DNA of 64,000 nt from an uncultured Acidimicrobiales bacterium. Lineage in GTDB: Bacteria > Actinomycetota > Acidimicrobiia > Acidimicrobiales > DATKAS01. Below, piece after piece: positions 9,235-20,005 of the stretch. Numbering within the stretch: the first letter of the stretch is position 1; each line of letters starts with the position of its first letter. Where the stretch lies: contig CAWDJB010000002.1 in NCBI GenBank assembly GCA_963802505.1, positions 532,627-596,626 of the forward strand, given 5' to 3'. Position numbers and translations under genes: made by a program. The notes under the pieces are model-generated. The model was not told the DNA's origin, did not search any database, and was given only the letters and a program-made list of their open reading frames with translations.

Positions 9235-11541
9235 ATGGCCACATCGGGTTCGATCCTCGGCAACGCAGTCCGCCGGCTCGAAGATCCGACGCTGTTGACC
9301 GGCGGCGGAAAGTACGTCGACGACCTGGTCGAGCCGAACATGGCCCACATCGCGTTCGTGCGATCACCGATCGCCCACGCCAAGGTGGCGTCGGTCGACG
9401 TGAGCGACGCGGCGTCGATGCCCGGCGTGGTCGCGGTGTACCACGCGGCGGGCGACGACCTCGGGGTCCCCGGCCTGCAGGGCTTCGCGATGATGCCGCC
9501 CACCCTGAACCGACCGGTGTTCGCTTCCGACACGGTGCGCTTCGTCGGCGACATCGTCGCCGCGGTCGTGGCCGACACGAAGGCGCAGGCGATGGATGCC
9601 GCCGAGGCCGTGGTCGTCGACTACGACCCGCTGCCCGCGGTGATGACCGCCGCCGAAGCGCTCGCACCTGACGCGACGTTGCTGTTCCCGGAGCACGGCT
9701 CGAACATCTGCTTCGGCACCGAGTTCCCCGAGGGCGACGACTCCGACCCGATCCAAGGCGCGGCGGCCATCGGCGAGGTGACGATGGTGAGCCAGCGGCT
9801 CGCGGGCGTGCCGATGGAGACCAACGGGATCCTCGCGGTGCCCACCGACGGCGGCCTCACCCTGTGGGTCTCGCACCAGGCGCCGCACTCGGCGCACGGC
9901 ACCTATGCGCCGATGCTCGGCCTCGAGCCCGAGAACCTCCGCGTCGTGTGCCCGTGGGTCGGCGGCGGCTTCGGGCCCAAGGCCGCGACCTACGTCGAGC
10001 ATCTCGTCGCTGGCGCGGCGGCGCTGAAGCTCGGTCGCCCCGTGAAGTGGATCGCAACCCGGTCCGAAGACATGGTCTCGCTCGTGCAGGGTCGCGACTA
10101 CACGATGACCGCGCGGCTCGGCGTCGGCTCCGACGGCAAGATCGTGGGCCTCGACGTGTCGGTCGTCGCATGCGCAGGGGCGTACCCGGCGATCGGCGCC
10201 ATCCTCCCGATGCTCACGCAGATGATGGCGGTAGGCGTCTACGAGATCCCGAAGGTGCGGTCGAAGGCCGTGATGGCGCTGACGAACAACACGACGATCG
10301 GCGCCTACCGCGGGGCCGGTCGGCCCGAGGCGACTCAGCTGATCGAGCGGGTGCTCGACGTCGCCGCGAGCGAGATCGGCATGGACCCGGCCGAGATCCG
10401 CCGGGTGAACTTCCTCCAGCCCGAGAGCTTCCCGCTCACGACGCCGACGGGCGCGAACTACGACAGCGGCGAGTACGAGAAGGCGCTCGACGCGGCGCTG
10501 AAGGCGTCGGACTACAAGAGCCTTCGGGCTGAGCAGTCGAAGCGCCGGACAGCGGGAGATCCGAAGGTGCTCGGCATCGGCGTCTCGTCGTACGTCGAGG
10601 TGACCGCACCCGTCGGCTTGCACGTCGAGTACGGCGCGGTCGAGGTCAACGACGACGGCACGGCGACGGTCTACGCCGGCACGAGCGTCCACGGCCAGGG
10701 TCACGCGACCGCCTTCGCGATGCTCGCCAGCGACGTCCTCGGGATCCCCATGGACCAAATCAACCTCGTGAACTCCGACACCGACCGAGTGCCGCGCGGT
10801 GCGGGCACGATGGGCTCGCGTTCGTTGCAGACCGCGGGCAGCGCGATCCACGTCGCATCGAACGAGGTGTTCTCGCGAGCCCAGAAGATCGCTGCCCATC
10901 TGCTCGAAGCGTCGCCCGACGACATCGTCGCCGGTGAGGGTGGAGTGCACGTCGCGGGCGTGCCGGCCAACGCGCTGTCCTGGGCCGACCTCGCGAGTGC
11001 GTCGCGCGATGCGTCGAAGCTGCCGTCGGGTCTCGAGCCCGCCCCATTGCGGCACGAGCTCGACTTCGACGGAAGCGACTCGACCTACCCGTTCGGCTCA
11101 CACGTGTCGGTCGTCGAGGTCGACACCGAGACCGGTGACGTCACGATGCTGCGCCACGTCGCCGTCGACGACTGCGGCCGCATCCTCAATCCGATGCTCG
11201 TGAACGGCCAGCAGCACGGCGGCATCGCCCAGGGCGCTGCTCAGGCGCTGTACGAGTGGATGCAGTACGACACCGACGGCAACCCGCTCACGTCGACGCT
11301 CACCGACTACCTCATGCCCTCCGCCGCGGAGCTGCCCAGCTTCGAGGTGTCGAACACGCAGACCGACAGCCCTCGGAACCCGCTCGGAGCGAAGGGCATC
11401 GGCGAGTCAGGCACGATCGGCTCGACACCGGCGATCCACAACGCCGTCGTCGACGCGGTCAGCCACCTCGGCGTCAAGCACATCGACATGCCGTGCACCG
11501 GTGAGCGCGTCTGGCGCGCGATCCAGGAGGCTTCGGCCTAG
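9235..11541 (+). CDS. xanthine dehydrogenase-family molybdopterin-binding large subunit (form-II CoxL-like)
   Basis: 768 aa. N-terminal GNAVRRLEDPTLLTGGGKYVDD and active-site loop IGAYRGAGRPEA (the AYRGAGR type, not the VAYRCSFR of bona fide CO dehydrogenase). Confidence 0.85.
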   Translation: MATSGSILGNAVRRLEDPTLLTGGGKYVDDLVEPNMAHIAFVRSPIAHAKVASVDVSDAASMPGVVAVYHAAGDDLGVPGLQGFAMMPPTLNRPVFASDTVRFVGDIVAAVVADTKAQAMDAAEAVVVDYDPLPAVMTAAEALAPDATLLFPEHGSNICFGTEFPEGDDSDPIQGAAAIGEVTMVSQRLAGVPMETNGILAVPTDGGLTLWVSHQAPHSAHGTYAPMLGLEPENLRVVCPWVGGGFGPKAATYVEHLVAGAAALKLGRPVKWIATRSEDMVSLVQGRDYTMTARLGVGSDGKIVGLDVSVVACAGAYPAIGAILPMLTQMMAVGVYEIPKVRSKAVMALTNNTTIGAYRGAGRPEATQLIERVLDVAASEIGMDPAEIRRVNFLQPESFPLTTPTGANYDSGEYEKALDAALKASDYKSLRAEQSKRRTAGDPKVLGIGVSSYVEVTAPVGLHVEYGAVEVNDDGTATVYAGTSVHGQGHATAFAMLASDVLGIPMDQINLVNSDTDRVPRGAGTMGSRSLQTAGSAIHVASNEVFSRAQKIAAHLLEASPDDIVAGEGGVHVAGVPANALSWADLASASRDASKLPSGLEPAPLRHELDFDGSDSTYPFGSHVSVVEVDTETGDVTMLRHVAVDDCGRILNPMLVNGQQHGGIAQGAAQALYEWMQYDTDGNPLTSTLTDYLMPSAAELPSFEVSNTQTDSPRNPLGAKGIGESGTIGSTPAIHNAVVDAVSHLGVKHIDMPCTGERVWRAIQEASA

Positions 11542-11542
11542 A

Positions 11543-12295
11543 TCAAATCGGTGGGCCGAGGCCGGACGTGTCCGCATCCCGCTGCTCGCACACAGCCGAG
11601 AGCGCAGTGAACGACGCGTAGCCATCGGCCAGCGCGGCCGCGTCGGTGCCCGGCTCGTGGTCGACCTCGAGGCCACCGAACTCGAACTTGACGTAGCCCT
11701 CGCCGACTTCGGTGAGGTTCGTCTGCACCGCACCGAACCGGGCCAGATGCGCGGGGACGAGGCCCCGAAGGTCCTCGGGCGCGACGTCAGGAACGTTGAC
11801 GTTGAGCACGATCGGGCGATCGGTCTCGATCAACCATTGGAGAACGGTGAGTGCGATCGCCTCCGCCGTTTCCCAGTGCGGCGCCTCGACGCCGGCGATC
11901 GAGAATGCTGCGGCGCGCCGGCCGAAGGTCCACGCGGTGAGGGCCGCCCCTACCGTGCCCGAGTGCAGCACCGCGTGGCCGGTGTTTGCACCGATGTTGA
12001 TGCCCGACACCACGATGTCGGGCGGCTCGCCGAACGCGCCGTGCACGCCCGCGCGCACGATGAACGCAGGTGCCGCCTCGACACCGAACACCTGCGCCGC
12101 GCCCCAGCCACCGCGCCGATGGAGGAGCAACCGGCCGTCTTGCTGCACGCCGGTGAGCGACGCGCTCGCGCCACTGCTGTCCCACGCGGGCGCGGCGACG
12201 GTCACCTCCAGGCCGGCGACCTCGCATGCATGCGCGAGGGCTCGGATGCCCGGGCTGTCGACGCCGTCGTCGTTGGTCACGAGCACGCGCATCAT
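11543..12295 (-). CDS. surE: 5'/3'-nucleotidase SurE
   Basis: MRVLVTNDDGVDSPGIRALA N-terminus and overall length are typical of SurE. Confidence 0.85.
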   Translation of the reverse strand: MMRVLVTNDDGVDSPGIRALAHACEVAGLEVTVAAPAWDSSGASASLTGVQQDGRLLLHRRGGWGAAQVFGVEAAPAFIVRAGVHGAFGEPPDIVVSGINIGANTGHAVLHSGTVGAALTAWTFGRRAAAFSIAGVEAPHWETAEAIALTVLQWLIETDRPIVLNVNVPDVAPEDLRGLVPAHLARFGAVQTNLTEVGEGYVKFEFGGLEVDHEPGTDAAALADGYASFTALSAVCEQRDADTSGLGPPI

Positions 12296-13272
12296 CGATC
12301 CCCTGCGATGCGATCGAGATCCCGAATCTCGACGTGAGAGGCGAGGCGTTCGATCTCGTCCTTGCCGCCGGTGCCGAGGCCACGACGCGTGACGTTCAGA
12401 ACGCCAGCCGCGGCTCCGAGTCGGAGCGCGTCGTCGAAGTCTCGACCCGCGGCGAGCGCGGTCGCCATCCCAGCGGTGAACGAGTCACCTGCGCCTCGAT
12501 GGTCGATCGGATCGAGGACCGGGCCGTGGATCTCGATCACCCGTTCGTCGAACCACGCGAGCGCGGGCTCCTCCGCTCGTGAGCAGACGACGGCTTGCTG
12601 ACCGTTCGCGCCGAGCTTCCCCATCCCAGCCACCAGCGCTGACAATGAATCGTCCGTCGCGTAGCCGTCGTTCACGAGTGCCTCGTGACTGACCTTTACG
12701 ATCGTTGCGCCACCCGCGACCGCGGCCCGAAGCGGCTCGCCCGAAAGGTCGACGACGACGACGCGTCCGTTCGCGACGAGGTCGGCGCTCAGCCGGCGGT
12801 AGAAGTCGGCGGGCAGCAGGTCTTCCCGCTCGCCCGGCCCGCCGAGCACGGTCAGGTTCGCTTCGAGCGCCTCCACGAGCGTCGTGCCGTAGAGCTCGTC
12901 GACCTCGTGCCGTGACAACGGTGCCGCGTCCATCTCGGCGATGCGCTCTCGCTCGCCCGTCCGGCGGTCATCGACGTACGCACCGTTCGCACTCGACGCG
13001 TGCACCCATCGCAGCTCGAGCGCCTCGTCCTCGAACAGGCTGCGGAGCACTCGCCCGGTCTCTCCACCACACGTCGTGCACAGCACGACTCGGGCGCCGA
13101 GCTCGCTCACGAGCCGAGCGATCCAGAACCCTTGCCCCCCGGCGTGGAGGTGCACCTCGTCTCCGGGCCGGCCACCCATCGTCTCGATGGCAACGGTGAG
13201 CAGGGGCAGAGGAGCGAAGACGCATACCCGAGGCGCGTCTCCGTCACTCGTGGGGGCGATCAGGGGGGCCAT
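12292..13272 (-). CDS. PfkB-family carbohydrate/phosphofructo-type kinase
   Basis: C-terminal DHRGAGDSFTAG signature. The start is chosen at ATG 13272 (MAPLIAP...); the longer ORF adds Ser/Arg-rich sequence that overlaps the upstream gene. Confidence 0.75.
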   Translation of the reverse strand: MAPLIAPTSDGDAPRVCVFAPLPLLTVAIETMGGRPGDEVHLHAGGQGFWIARLVSELGARVVLCTTCGGETGRVLRSLFEDEALELRWVHASSANGAYVDDRRTGERERIAEMDAAPLSRHEVDELYGTTLVEALEANLTVLGGPGEREDLLPADFYRRLSADLVANGRVVVVDLSGEPLRAAVAGGATIVKVSHEALVNDGYATDDSLSALVAGMGKLGANGQQAVVCSRAEEPALAWFDERVIEIHGPVLDPIDHRGAGDSFTAGMATALAAGRDFDDALRLGAAAGVLNVTRRGLGTGGKDEIERLASHVEIRDLDRIAGDR

Positions 13273-14344
13273 GGTGTGCCCGTACCCAGGAGGTGAACGC
13301 TTCGATGCCATCGATGACCCGTTCGAACCGGATCGAGTGGAAGAGGTCGAAGGAGTGCTGACCTCCGGGGGCTTCCACATAGACGACCGGGTAAGCCGAG
13401 ACGCTCCGTGTGCGTTCGACGAGCTCACGTGCCGCTTCCACCGAGACGTACGTGTCGTTGTTGCCATGCGCGACGAAGAGCGGCGGAGCGTCAGGGCCGA
13501 CGTAGCCGAGCGGTGAGGTCAGCGGCTCACCCTCGTCAGCGGGCCCGTAATACCCGTAGAGCGAGATCGCGCCGGCGATCGACGGGTCACGGAACGAAAC
13601 TGTCGTCGCGAGGTGTCCGCCCGCCGAGCTGCCGGCGACGAACACGTGGGTCGCGACCGCGCCATAGTCGCCGGCGTGCTCGCGGAGCCACTTCACCACT
13701 CTCTCGGCGTCGGCGAGTGACTCGTAGAAGCTCACCGGTCGCAACCGGTAGTTCGCGCTCACGCACAACCAACCCTCACTCGCCAGCCGGTAGATCAGCG
13801 GCCGAGCCTCGCGGTTCTTGCGCCCGCTGCGGAAGCCTCCTCCGTGGAAGTGGATCAGCACGCATCCCGTCGACGGACCTCGACGAGAGCGGTACACGTC
13901 GAGAAGGTTGGCCGCGCCGGCGTCGCCATAGGACACGTTCGCGGTGTGCGTCACGTCGCGGCGGGTCACGCTGAAGGGCGCGAGAAGGATGCGGAGCATC
14001 GGGAGCCTGCGGCGAGGCATGTCGATGCCGAGCGCGTCGCACACGGCGGAGCGCGCGACGGGGCCGGTGCGCACCGCGCGCACCACGATGACGGCGAGCG
14101 CGACCGTGGTGAGGACCGCAAGGCCGAGCGCGATCCCACCGACGGCATTGCCGAGATCCTCCTGCACCGCGGCCACGAGTGTCGCGGCCGCGACGTAGTA
14201 GAAGGCGATGAACGGCAGCTCGTTCGGGATCATCGCGAGCACCCAGCTGAGCCGACCCAGCATCATCGGGTGCCGGAGCGGCGCCGCCGCGACGAACGTG
14301 CAGACCGCGACGACGCCGACGGACAACAAGTAGCCCCAGGGCAC
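13244..14344 (-). CDS. membrane-anchored alpha/beta hydrolase (esterase/lipase, HGGG type)
   Basis: About 3 N-terminal hydrophobic helices, then the HFHGGGF oxyanion motif and the GSSAGG nucleophile elbow. Confidence 0.75.
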   Translation of the reverse strand: MPWGYLLSVGVVAVCTFVAAAPLRHPMMLGRLSWVLAMIPNELPFIAFYYVAAATLVAAVQEDLGNAVGGIALGLAVLTTVALAVIVVRAVRTGPVARSAVCDALGIDMPRRRLPMLRILLAPFSVTRRDVTHTANVSYGDAGAANLLDVYRSRRGPSTGCVLIHFHGGGFRSGRKNREARPLIYRLASEGWLCVSANYRLRPVSFYESLADAERVVKWLREHAGDYGAVATHVFVAGSSAGGHLATTVSFRDPSIAGAISLYGYYGPADEGEPLTSPLGYVGPDAPPLFVAHGNNDTYVSVEAARELVERTRSVSAYPVVYVEAPGGQHSFDLFHSIRFERVIDGIEAFTSWVRAHHGPPDRPHE

Positions 14345-14346
14345 CG

Positions 14347-15165
14347 TCAGGTCGTCTGCCCTCGCACCCCGACCGAGTCGAGCACCTCACCTTCGTCGTT
14401 GTGACTGTGCGTGAACCCCAGCTGACGCTCGATGCGCACTGTGTCCTCAGCCCGGTACGCCACGACGTAGGCGCGGCGGTATCCCTCGGTGAGGTTGCCT
14501 CCGGAGCCGTGCATCACCCGCTCGTTGTGCACCGTGCAGTCGCCGCGGGCGATCGGCTTCACGACGACTTGGTCGTCCTCACGCAGATCCGTGCCGAGCG
14601 CATGTGAGGTGCCCCGCCCGCCGTAGACCGGGGCGTGGGGCCGCAGCTCGGTCTCGTGGTTCGTCGCCGGCACGAACCGCATGCACCCGTTCTCGAGTGT
14701 CGAGTCGTCGACCGCCAGCCAGAACGTCGCCGTGCGGCGGTCGGGCGTGTCGGGCCAGTACGCCATGTCCTGGTGCCACGCGAAGATCGCGTCGTCTTTG
14801 TACGGCTGCTTCGCCAGCAGCTGGTCGTAGTCGATCGTCATCCCGTCGCCGCACAGCTGCGCCGCGATGTGCGCGGTGCGCCGCTCGTACACATTGTCCT
14901 GCCACTGCGGGTAATAGCGCCTCGGCAGCATCACGTTGACGATCGAGAAGTCCTCCGGTTCGCGGCCGTAGTCGCCCGCCATGTCGCAGTAGTCCTTGCC
15001 CGGCACCTCGATCTCGCGCCTCAGGAAGCGGTCGTACACCACTTCGATCTCGGCCACCTCGGCTTCCGTGAGTACACCCACGAGGTGCACAAAGCCGTCG
15101 TCCGCGAACGTCTTGCGGTCGACGTCGTCGATCTCGTAGAGCCCGTCAGGTCGCAGAGATCCCAT
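14347..15165 (-). CDS. phytanoyl-CoA dioxygenase (PhyH) family Fe(II)/2OG oxygenase
   Basis: WHQDMAYWP...TFWLAVDDSTLENGCMRFVP...VHNERVMHGSGGN pattern (HxD...H). Start taken at ATG 15165. Confidence 0.75.
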   Translation of the reverse strand: MGSLRPDGLYEIDDVDRKTFADDGFVHLVGVLTEAEVAEIEVVYDRFLRREIEVPGKDYCDMAGDYGREPEDFSIVNVMLPRRYYPQWQDNVYERRTAHIAAQLCGDGMTIDYDQLLAKQPYKDDAIFAWHQDMAYWPDTPDRRTATFWLAVDDSTLENGCMRFVPATNHETELRPHAPVYGGRGTSHALGTDLREDDQVVVKPIARGDCTVHNERVMHGSGGNLTEGYRRAYVVAYRAEDTVRIERQLGFTHSHNDEGEVLDSVGVRGQTT

Positions 15166-15172
15166 CCCGCTG

Positions 15173-16762
15173 TCAGCCTCCGAGCACCATCTCGCCCGCA
15201 CCGGACGGCTCGGGATCGGGCTGGCGCATCATGCGGAACGAGACGCCGAGCCCGAGCAGCGCCGCGACCAGCGGCACGATGAGCGCGACCTGCAGCGCGA
15301 TGTGCCGGGCATCGGTGTTGATGCGGATGATCTCGGCCTGGATCTCAGGAGGTTCGTCCGCGAGCAGCTGCTGCAGCTGCGTGTTGCTCATGATCTGCGC
15401 GTCGTCCTCGAGGACGGCTGCGACCTGCTCCTTGTCGTCGGGAGGGAGCACCTTGCTGTCGTTGGCCATGTTCGTGAACGAGAACGACAGCGTCGCCAGC
15501 ATGATGGCGCCGGCGAACGCGAGCCCGAACGAGAGGCCGAACGAGCCGCCCGCGGAGTTCACGCCCGCCGCTTCGCTCACCCGCTCCTCGGAGATCGGGG
15601 AGAGCGTGTAGTTGTTCAGCTGCGACACGAGGAGGCCGAGACCAGCGCCCGCGATGATCAGAGGAACGACGAGCCACCACCCGGAATGCGCCCGGGGCAC
15701 GATCGGCAGGATCAGCACCACACCGACGGTCGCGCACACGAAGCCCGCGCGGATGATGCTGCTCGGGCGGAACTTCCCGGCCTTCTTCCCCGCGATGATC
15801 GCGACCGCGAACATGCTGAGCGACAGAGGCGCCAGCGAGAGGCCGGCCTCCATCGCGTTGTACTCGAGCACCATCTGCAGGTAGATGGGCAGGGCGATCA
15901 TCAAGCCGCCCGAGCGCGATCTGCTGCATGAGCTGTCCGGAGATGCCCAAGCGGAACAGGTGCGACTTGAAGAGCCCGGGGTCGATCAGCGTCGGCTTCC
16001 CGGCCCGCTTGCGCCGCACGAGCCAGAAGCAGAACGCGGCCATCGCGACCGCACCGATCACGAGCAGAGCACCCACCGACTCGGCACCCTCCTGCCAGGC
16101 CAAGATGCTGAGGACGATCCCGCCCATGCCGAGCACCGAAAGCACGGCACCGACGGGGTCGATCTCACGAGAGCCGGTGTACGCCACGTCGTGAACCAGC
16201 CGTGACACCGATGAGCACGACCAGGATCACGAGCGCTTCGAGCGCGAACGCGACTCGCCACGAGAGGTAGGTCGTGATGAACCCGCCGAGCAGCGGGCCG
16301 ACTGCAGCGGCGATCGCCGCTGACGCACCCACGAGCGCGTACACCTTCCGCTGGGCCGCGCCTTCGAAGTTGCCGTGGATCAGCGACTGCATCGACGGCA
16401 GCAGCAACGAGGCACCGAGGCCGCCGATGATCGCCCAGAAGATGATGATCGTCGTGAGGTCTCTGGGCCACCGTCATCGCGATCGCGCCGGTCATGTAGC
16501 CGAGCAGCCCGAGCACGTATGCACGCTTGCGTCCGAACAGGTCGCCGACCTTGCTGCCGATGAGGATGAACGCAGCCGACACGAGCGCCTCGAGCGCGAT
16601 CGCCGACTGCACACCGCTCACGGTCGTGCCGATGTCTTGCACGACGGCGGAGATCGACACGTTCATCAGCGACGTGTCGACGACGAGGACGAACATCGCC
16701 ATCGCCAACAGGAGCGCGAGCTTGGGGTCGTAGGGCGCTTCGACTTGCTCGGGCTCAGCCAT
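15173..16762 (-). pseudogene. MFS (DHA2/EmrB-like) transporter split over four reading-frame segments
   Basis: The protein-like sequence runs 16762->~16460, then frame 2 to ~16210, then frame 3 to ~15910, then frame 4 to 15173. Each junction joins hydrophobic helices (e.g. ...QQIALG|GLMIALPIYLQ). The last junction lies at a GGG/CCC run. Confidence 0.75.
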
Positions 16763-16816
16763 TGCCCGCGGTCATAGCAGACGTCGCTCGCCTCGTGACG
16801 CGTACGGTGACAGGTC

Positions 16817-18507
16817 ATGGCAACCCGTGTCCGGAGCCTCGAGAAGGTCATGCCCGGAGTCGGCGCCGCGCGGCGATACGAGCGCCGGTGGCTGCGGGCC
16901 GACGTCGTTGCCGGTCTCGTTCTCGCTGCGATCCTCGTGCCCCAAGGAATGGCCTACGCGGAGCTCGCGGGGCTGCCCGCAGTCACCGGTCTGTACACGA
17001 CGATCGGGTGCCTCGTCGGCTACGCGATCTTCGGCCCGTCACGGGTGCTCGTGCTCGGACCCGACTCGTCGATCTCACCCATGATCCTCGCCGCCCTGAC
17101 GCCACTGCTCGTCGCGGGCGACGATCCGATGAAGGCGATCGAGCTCGCCGGCATGCTCGCGCTGCTCGTCGGGATCATCGAGATCGGCCTCGGGGTAGCA
17201 AAGCTCGGATTCGTCGCCGACCTCCTGTCGAGCGAGGTGCAGGTCGGCTACATGAACGGCCTGGCGGTCACCATCGTCGTCAGCCAGCTGCCGAAGCTCT
17301 TCGGGTTCTCGACCGACGCCGACGGCTTCTTCGAGGAGGTGGGCGCGTTCTTCACCAACCTCGACGAGACGGTCGGGCGAGCTCTCGGGGTCGGCGTCGC
17401 CGTGCTGGTCGTCCTGCTCGTGCTTCCGAAGGTGACCAAGCGCGTGCCCGCCGTCTTGGTTGCGGTCGCAGGCGCAACCGCTCTCTCGGCGATCCTCGAG
17501 CTCGCGTCGAAAGGCGTGGCCACGGTCGGCACCTTGCCGCAGGGTGTTCCTACGCCGAAGCTGCCGTGGACCGAGCTCAACGACGTCGGGCCGCTCTTCG
17601 TCGCCGCCGTGGGCATCACCCTCGTGTCGCTCACCGACACGATTGCGACCGCGTCGAGCTTCGCTGCCCGGCGGGGTGACGAGGTCGAGCCCAATCAGGA
17701 GATGATCGGGATGGGCGCCGCGAACGTCACCGCCGGCTTGATCCAGGGTTCGCAGTGTCGACGAGCGGATCGCGCACCGCGGTCGCCGAGCAGTCCGGGG
17801 CAAAGACGCAGCTGACCGGGCTGGTGGGTGCAGGGGTCGTCGTGATCCTCCTTCTGTTCTTGAACTCACTGCTCGCCGACCTCCCGCAGTCCGCGCTCGC
17901 GGCCGTCGTCATCGCCGCGGCGCTCTCGCTCATGGACGTGTCGTTGCTGCTGAAGTACGCGCGGGTCCGGCCCAGTGCGGTCGTGCTGTCACTCATCACC
18001 AGCGCCGGCGTGATCGTGTTCGGTGTGCTCCCAGGGATCGTGATCGCGATCCTGCTCTCGGTCTTCCTCGTCTTCCAACGGACGTGGCGGGCCCACGGCG
18101 CCGTGCTCGGCCAGGTACCCGGCGTCGGTGGCTGGCACAGCGTGGAGCTGCACCCGGATGCATCCGAGCTCGACGGCATCGTCGTCTACCGGTGGGAGGC
18201 GCCGCTTCACTTTGCGAATGCCGGGGCGTTTCGCCGCCAGATCCGGCACCTCGTACGCGAGCGCCACCCCGTCTGGGTGGTGTTGCAGTGCGAGGCGATC
18301 ACCGACATAGACGTGACCGCCGCGGGAATGCTCGAACAGCTCGACCGGGAGCTGAACGAGCATGGCACCCACATGGCGTTCGTGGAGATGCGCACGCGGC
18401 TGCAGACGCTCACGTTGCAGTACGGGCTGTTCGAGACGCTCGACCGCGATCACTTCTACCCGACCGTCAGGAGCGCGATCGAGGCGATCGAGGCGGAGGG
18501 AGACTGA
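16817..18507 (+). pseudogene. SulP-family anion permease with C-terminal STAS domain, one apparent frameshift near 17750
   Basis: The N-terminal segment (VPQGMAYAELAGLP...) stays good to ...TAGLIQG. It then continues in the +1 frame as (F)AVSTSGSRTAVAEQSGAKTQ. The observed GGTTCGCAG reads correctly only if it was GGTTTCGCAG. STAS-like C-terminus (VVYRWEAPLHFANA). Confidence 0.8.
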
Positions 18508-18591
18508 CGCGGGAGACGGTGTCGAGGGTCCCATCAGGGAGCACTACCTCGACGACGACTGGACCGAGGTCGCCTGGCCCGTGCGGCGGAG

Positions 18592-19734
18592 CTAGCTGAC
18601 GGCAGCCGGCTTCCGACGTCCGAGCGTCACTGCGGCCTCGCGGTGGAGCCGGCCGAAGTTGTAGTACGCCGCGCAGGCGCCTTCGGACGACACCATGCAC
18701 GTGCCGATCGGCGTCTCAGGAGTGCAGGCCGTTCCGAACACCTTGCACTCCCACGGCTTGATCACGCCCTTCAACACCTCACCGCACTGACACGCCTTCG
18801 GGTCGGCAACCCGCACGTTCGGGATGTCGAACCGCAGCTCGGCGTCGAAGGCGGAGAACGCATCGTTGATCTTGAGCGCGCTCTGCGAGATGAAGCCAAG
18901 GCCTCGCCACTCGAAATGTGGACGGAGCTCGAACACCTCTGCCATGACCTGGAGCGCCCTCGGGTTCCCCTCGTCGCGCACCACCCGCGTGTACTGGTTC
19001 TCGACTTCGCAACGGCCCTCGCGGATCTGGGCGAGCAGCATGACGATCGCCTGGAGGATGTCGAGTGGCTCGAAGCCGGCAGTGACGATCGGCTTGCCGT
19101 ACTGCGCCGGGACGAACCGGTATGGGCGGTTTCCCACGACCGTCGACACATGCCCGGGCCCCAAGAACCCGTCGAGCCGCAGGTCGGGAGACTCGAGGAT
19201 CGCCTTGATCGGCGGGACGATCGTCACGTGGTTGCAGAAGACCGAGAAGTTCGTCAGCCCGAGCTCTCGAGCTCTCAGCAGCGTGACGGCCGTCGAGGGC
19301 GCCGTCGTCTCGAAACCGACGGCGAAGAACACCACCTGGCGTTCCGGGTTGTCCGCCGCGAGCTTGAGGGCGTCGAGCGGCGAGTAGACGAAGCGCACAT
19401 CCGCACCACGCGCCTTTGCCTCGAGCAGGTTTCCGTTGCCACCGGGCACGCGCATCATGTCGCCGAACGACGTGAAGACGACGCCGGGCGTCTCCGCGAC
19501 CGCGATGGCGTCGTCGACGCGACCCATCGGGATCACACAGACGGGACAGCCCGGGCCGTGCACCAGCTCGACGTTCGTCGGGAGCACGTGCTCGATGCCG
19601 TGTCGGTAGATGGTGTGCGTGTGCCCGCCACACACCTCCATGAACTTGAAGTCGTCGGCGCCCGCGAGCGCGGTGATCCGCTCGACGAGCGCCCTCGCGG
19701 CCACCGGGTCGCGGTACTCGTCGACGAACTTCAT
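18592..19734 (-). CDS. hypD: hydrogenase maturation protein HypD
   Basis: MKFVDEYRDP...MEVCGGHTHTIYRHG...GPGCPVCV motifs. The ATG at 19734 overlaps the hypC stop (ATGA). Confidence 0.92.
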   Translation of the reverse strand: MKFVDEYRDPVAARALVERITALAGADDFKFMEVCGGHTHTIYRHGIEHVLPTNVELVHGPGCPVCVIPMGRVDDAIAVAETPGVVFTSFGDMMRVPGGNGNLLEAKARGADVRFVYSPLDALKLAADNPERQVVFFAVGFETTAPSTAVTLLRARELGLTNFSVFCNHVTIVPPIKAILESPDLRLDGFLGPGHVSTVVGNRPYRFVPAQYGKPIVTAGFEPLDILQAIVMLLAQIREGRCEVENQYTRVVRDEGNPRALQVMAEVFELRPHFEWRGLGFISQSALKINDAFSAFDAELRFDIPNVRVADPKACQCGEVLKGVIKPWECKVFGTACTPETPIGTCMVSSEGACAAYYNFGRLHREAAVTLGRRKPAAVS

Positions 19735-20003
19735 GTGATGCTCGACTCGGTCAGGGCTTGCAGCTCGTCGGTGTACGCCTGGCCCATGAGCTGGAGCCCT
19801 TCGAAGGCACGCCTCGCTTCGTCTTCGTCGATCTTGGACATCGCGAACCCGACGTGGATGAGCACCCAGTCGCCGATCTGAAGGTTCTCGTCCTCGAGCA
19901 AGCCGATGTTGATGAGGCGACTGACGCCGTTGACTTCCACGCGAGCGAGGTGCTCGTGTCGACCATCGAACTCGGTCAGCTGGCCGGGAATGCCAAGGCA
20001 CAT
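19731..20003 (-). CDS. hypC: hydrogenase assembly chaperone HypC/HupF
   Basis: MCLGIPGQL N-terminus with the essential Cys2, 90 aa. Confidence 0.92.
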   Translation of the reverse strand: MCLGIPGQLTEFDGRHEHLARVEVNGVSRLINIGLLEDENLQIGDWVLIHVGFAMSKIDEDEARRAFEGLQLMGQAYTDELQALTESSIT

Positions 20004-20005
20004 CT

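Noticed and set aside
9235-11541. Calling the molybdoenzyme a carbon monoxide dehydrogenase, which would pair neatly with the H2-scavenging hydrogenase.
   Set aside because: The active-site loop is AYRGAGR, not the VAYRCSFR signature of bona fide form-I CODH, and no CoxM, CoxS or accessory genes are adjacent.
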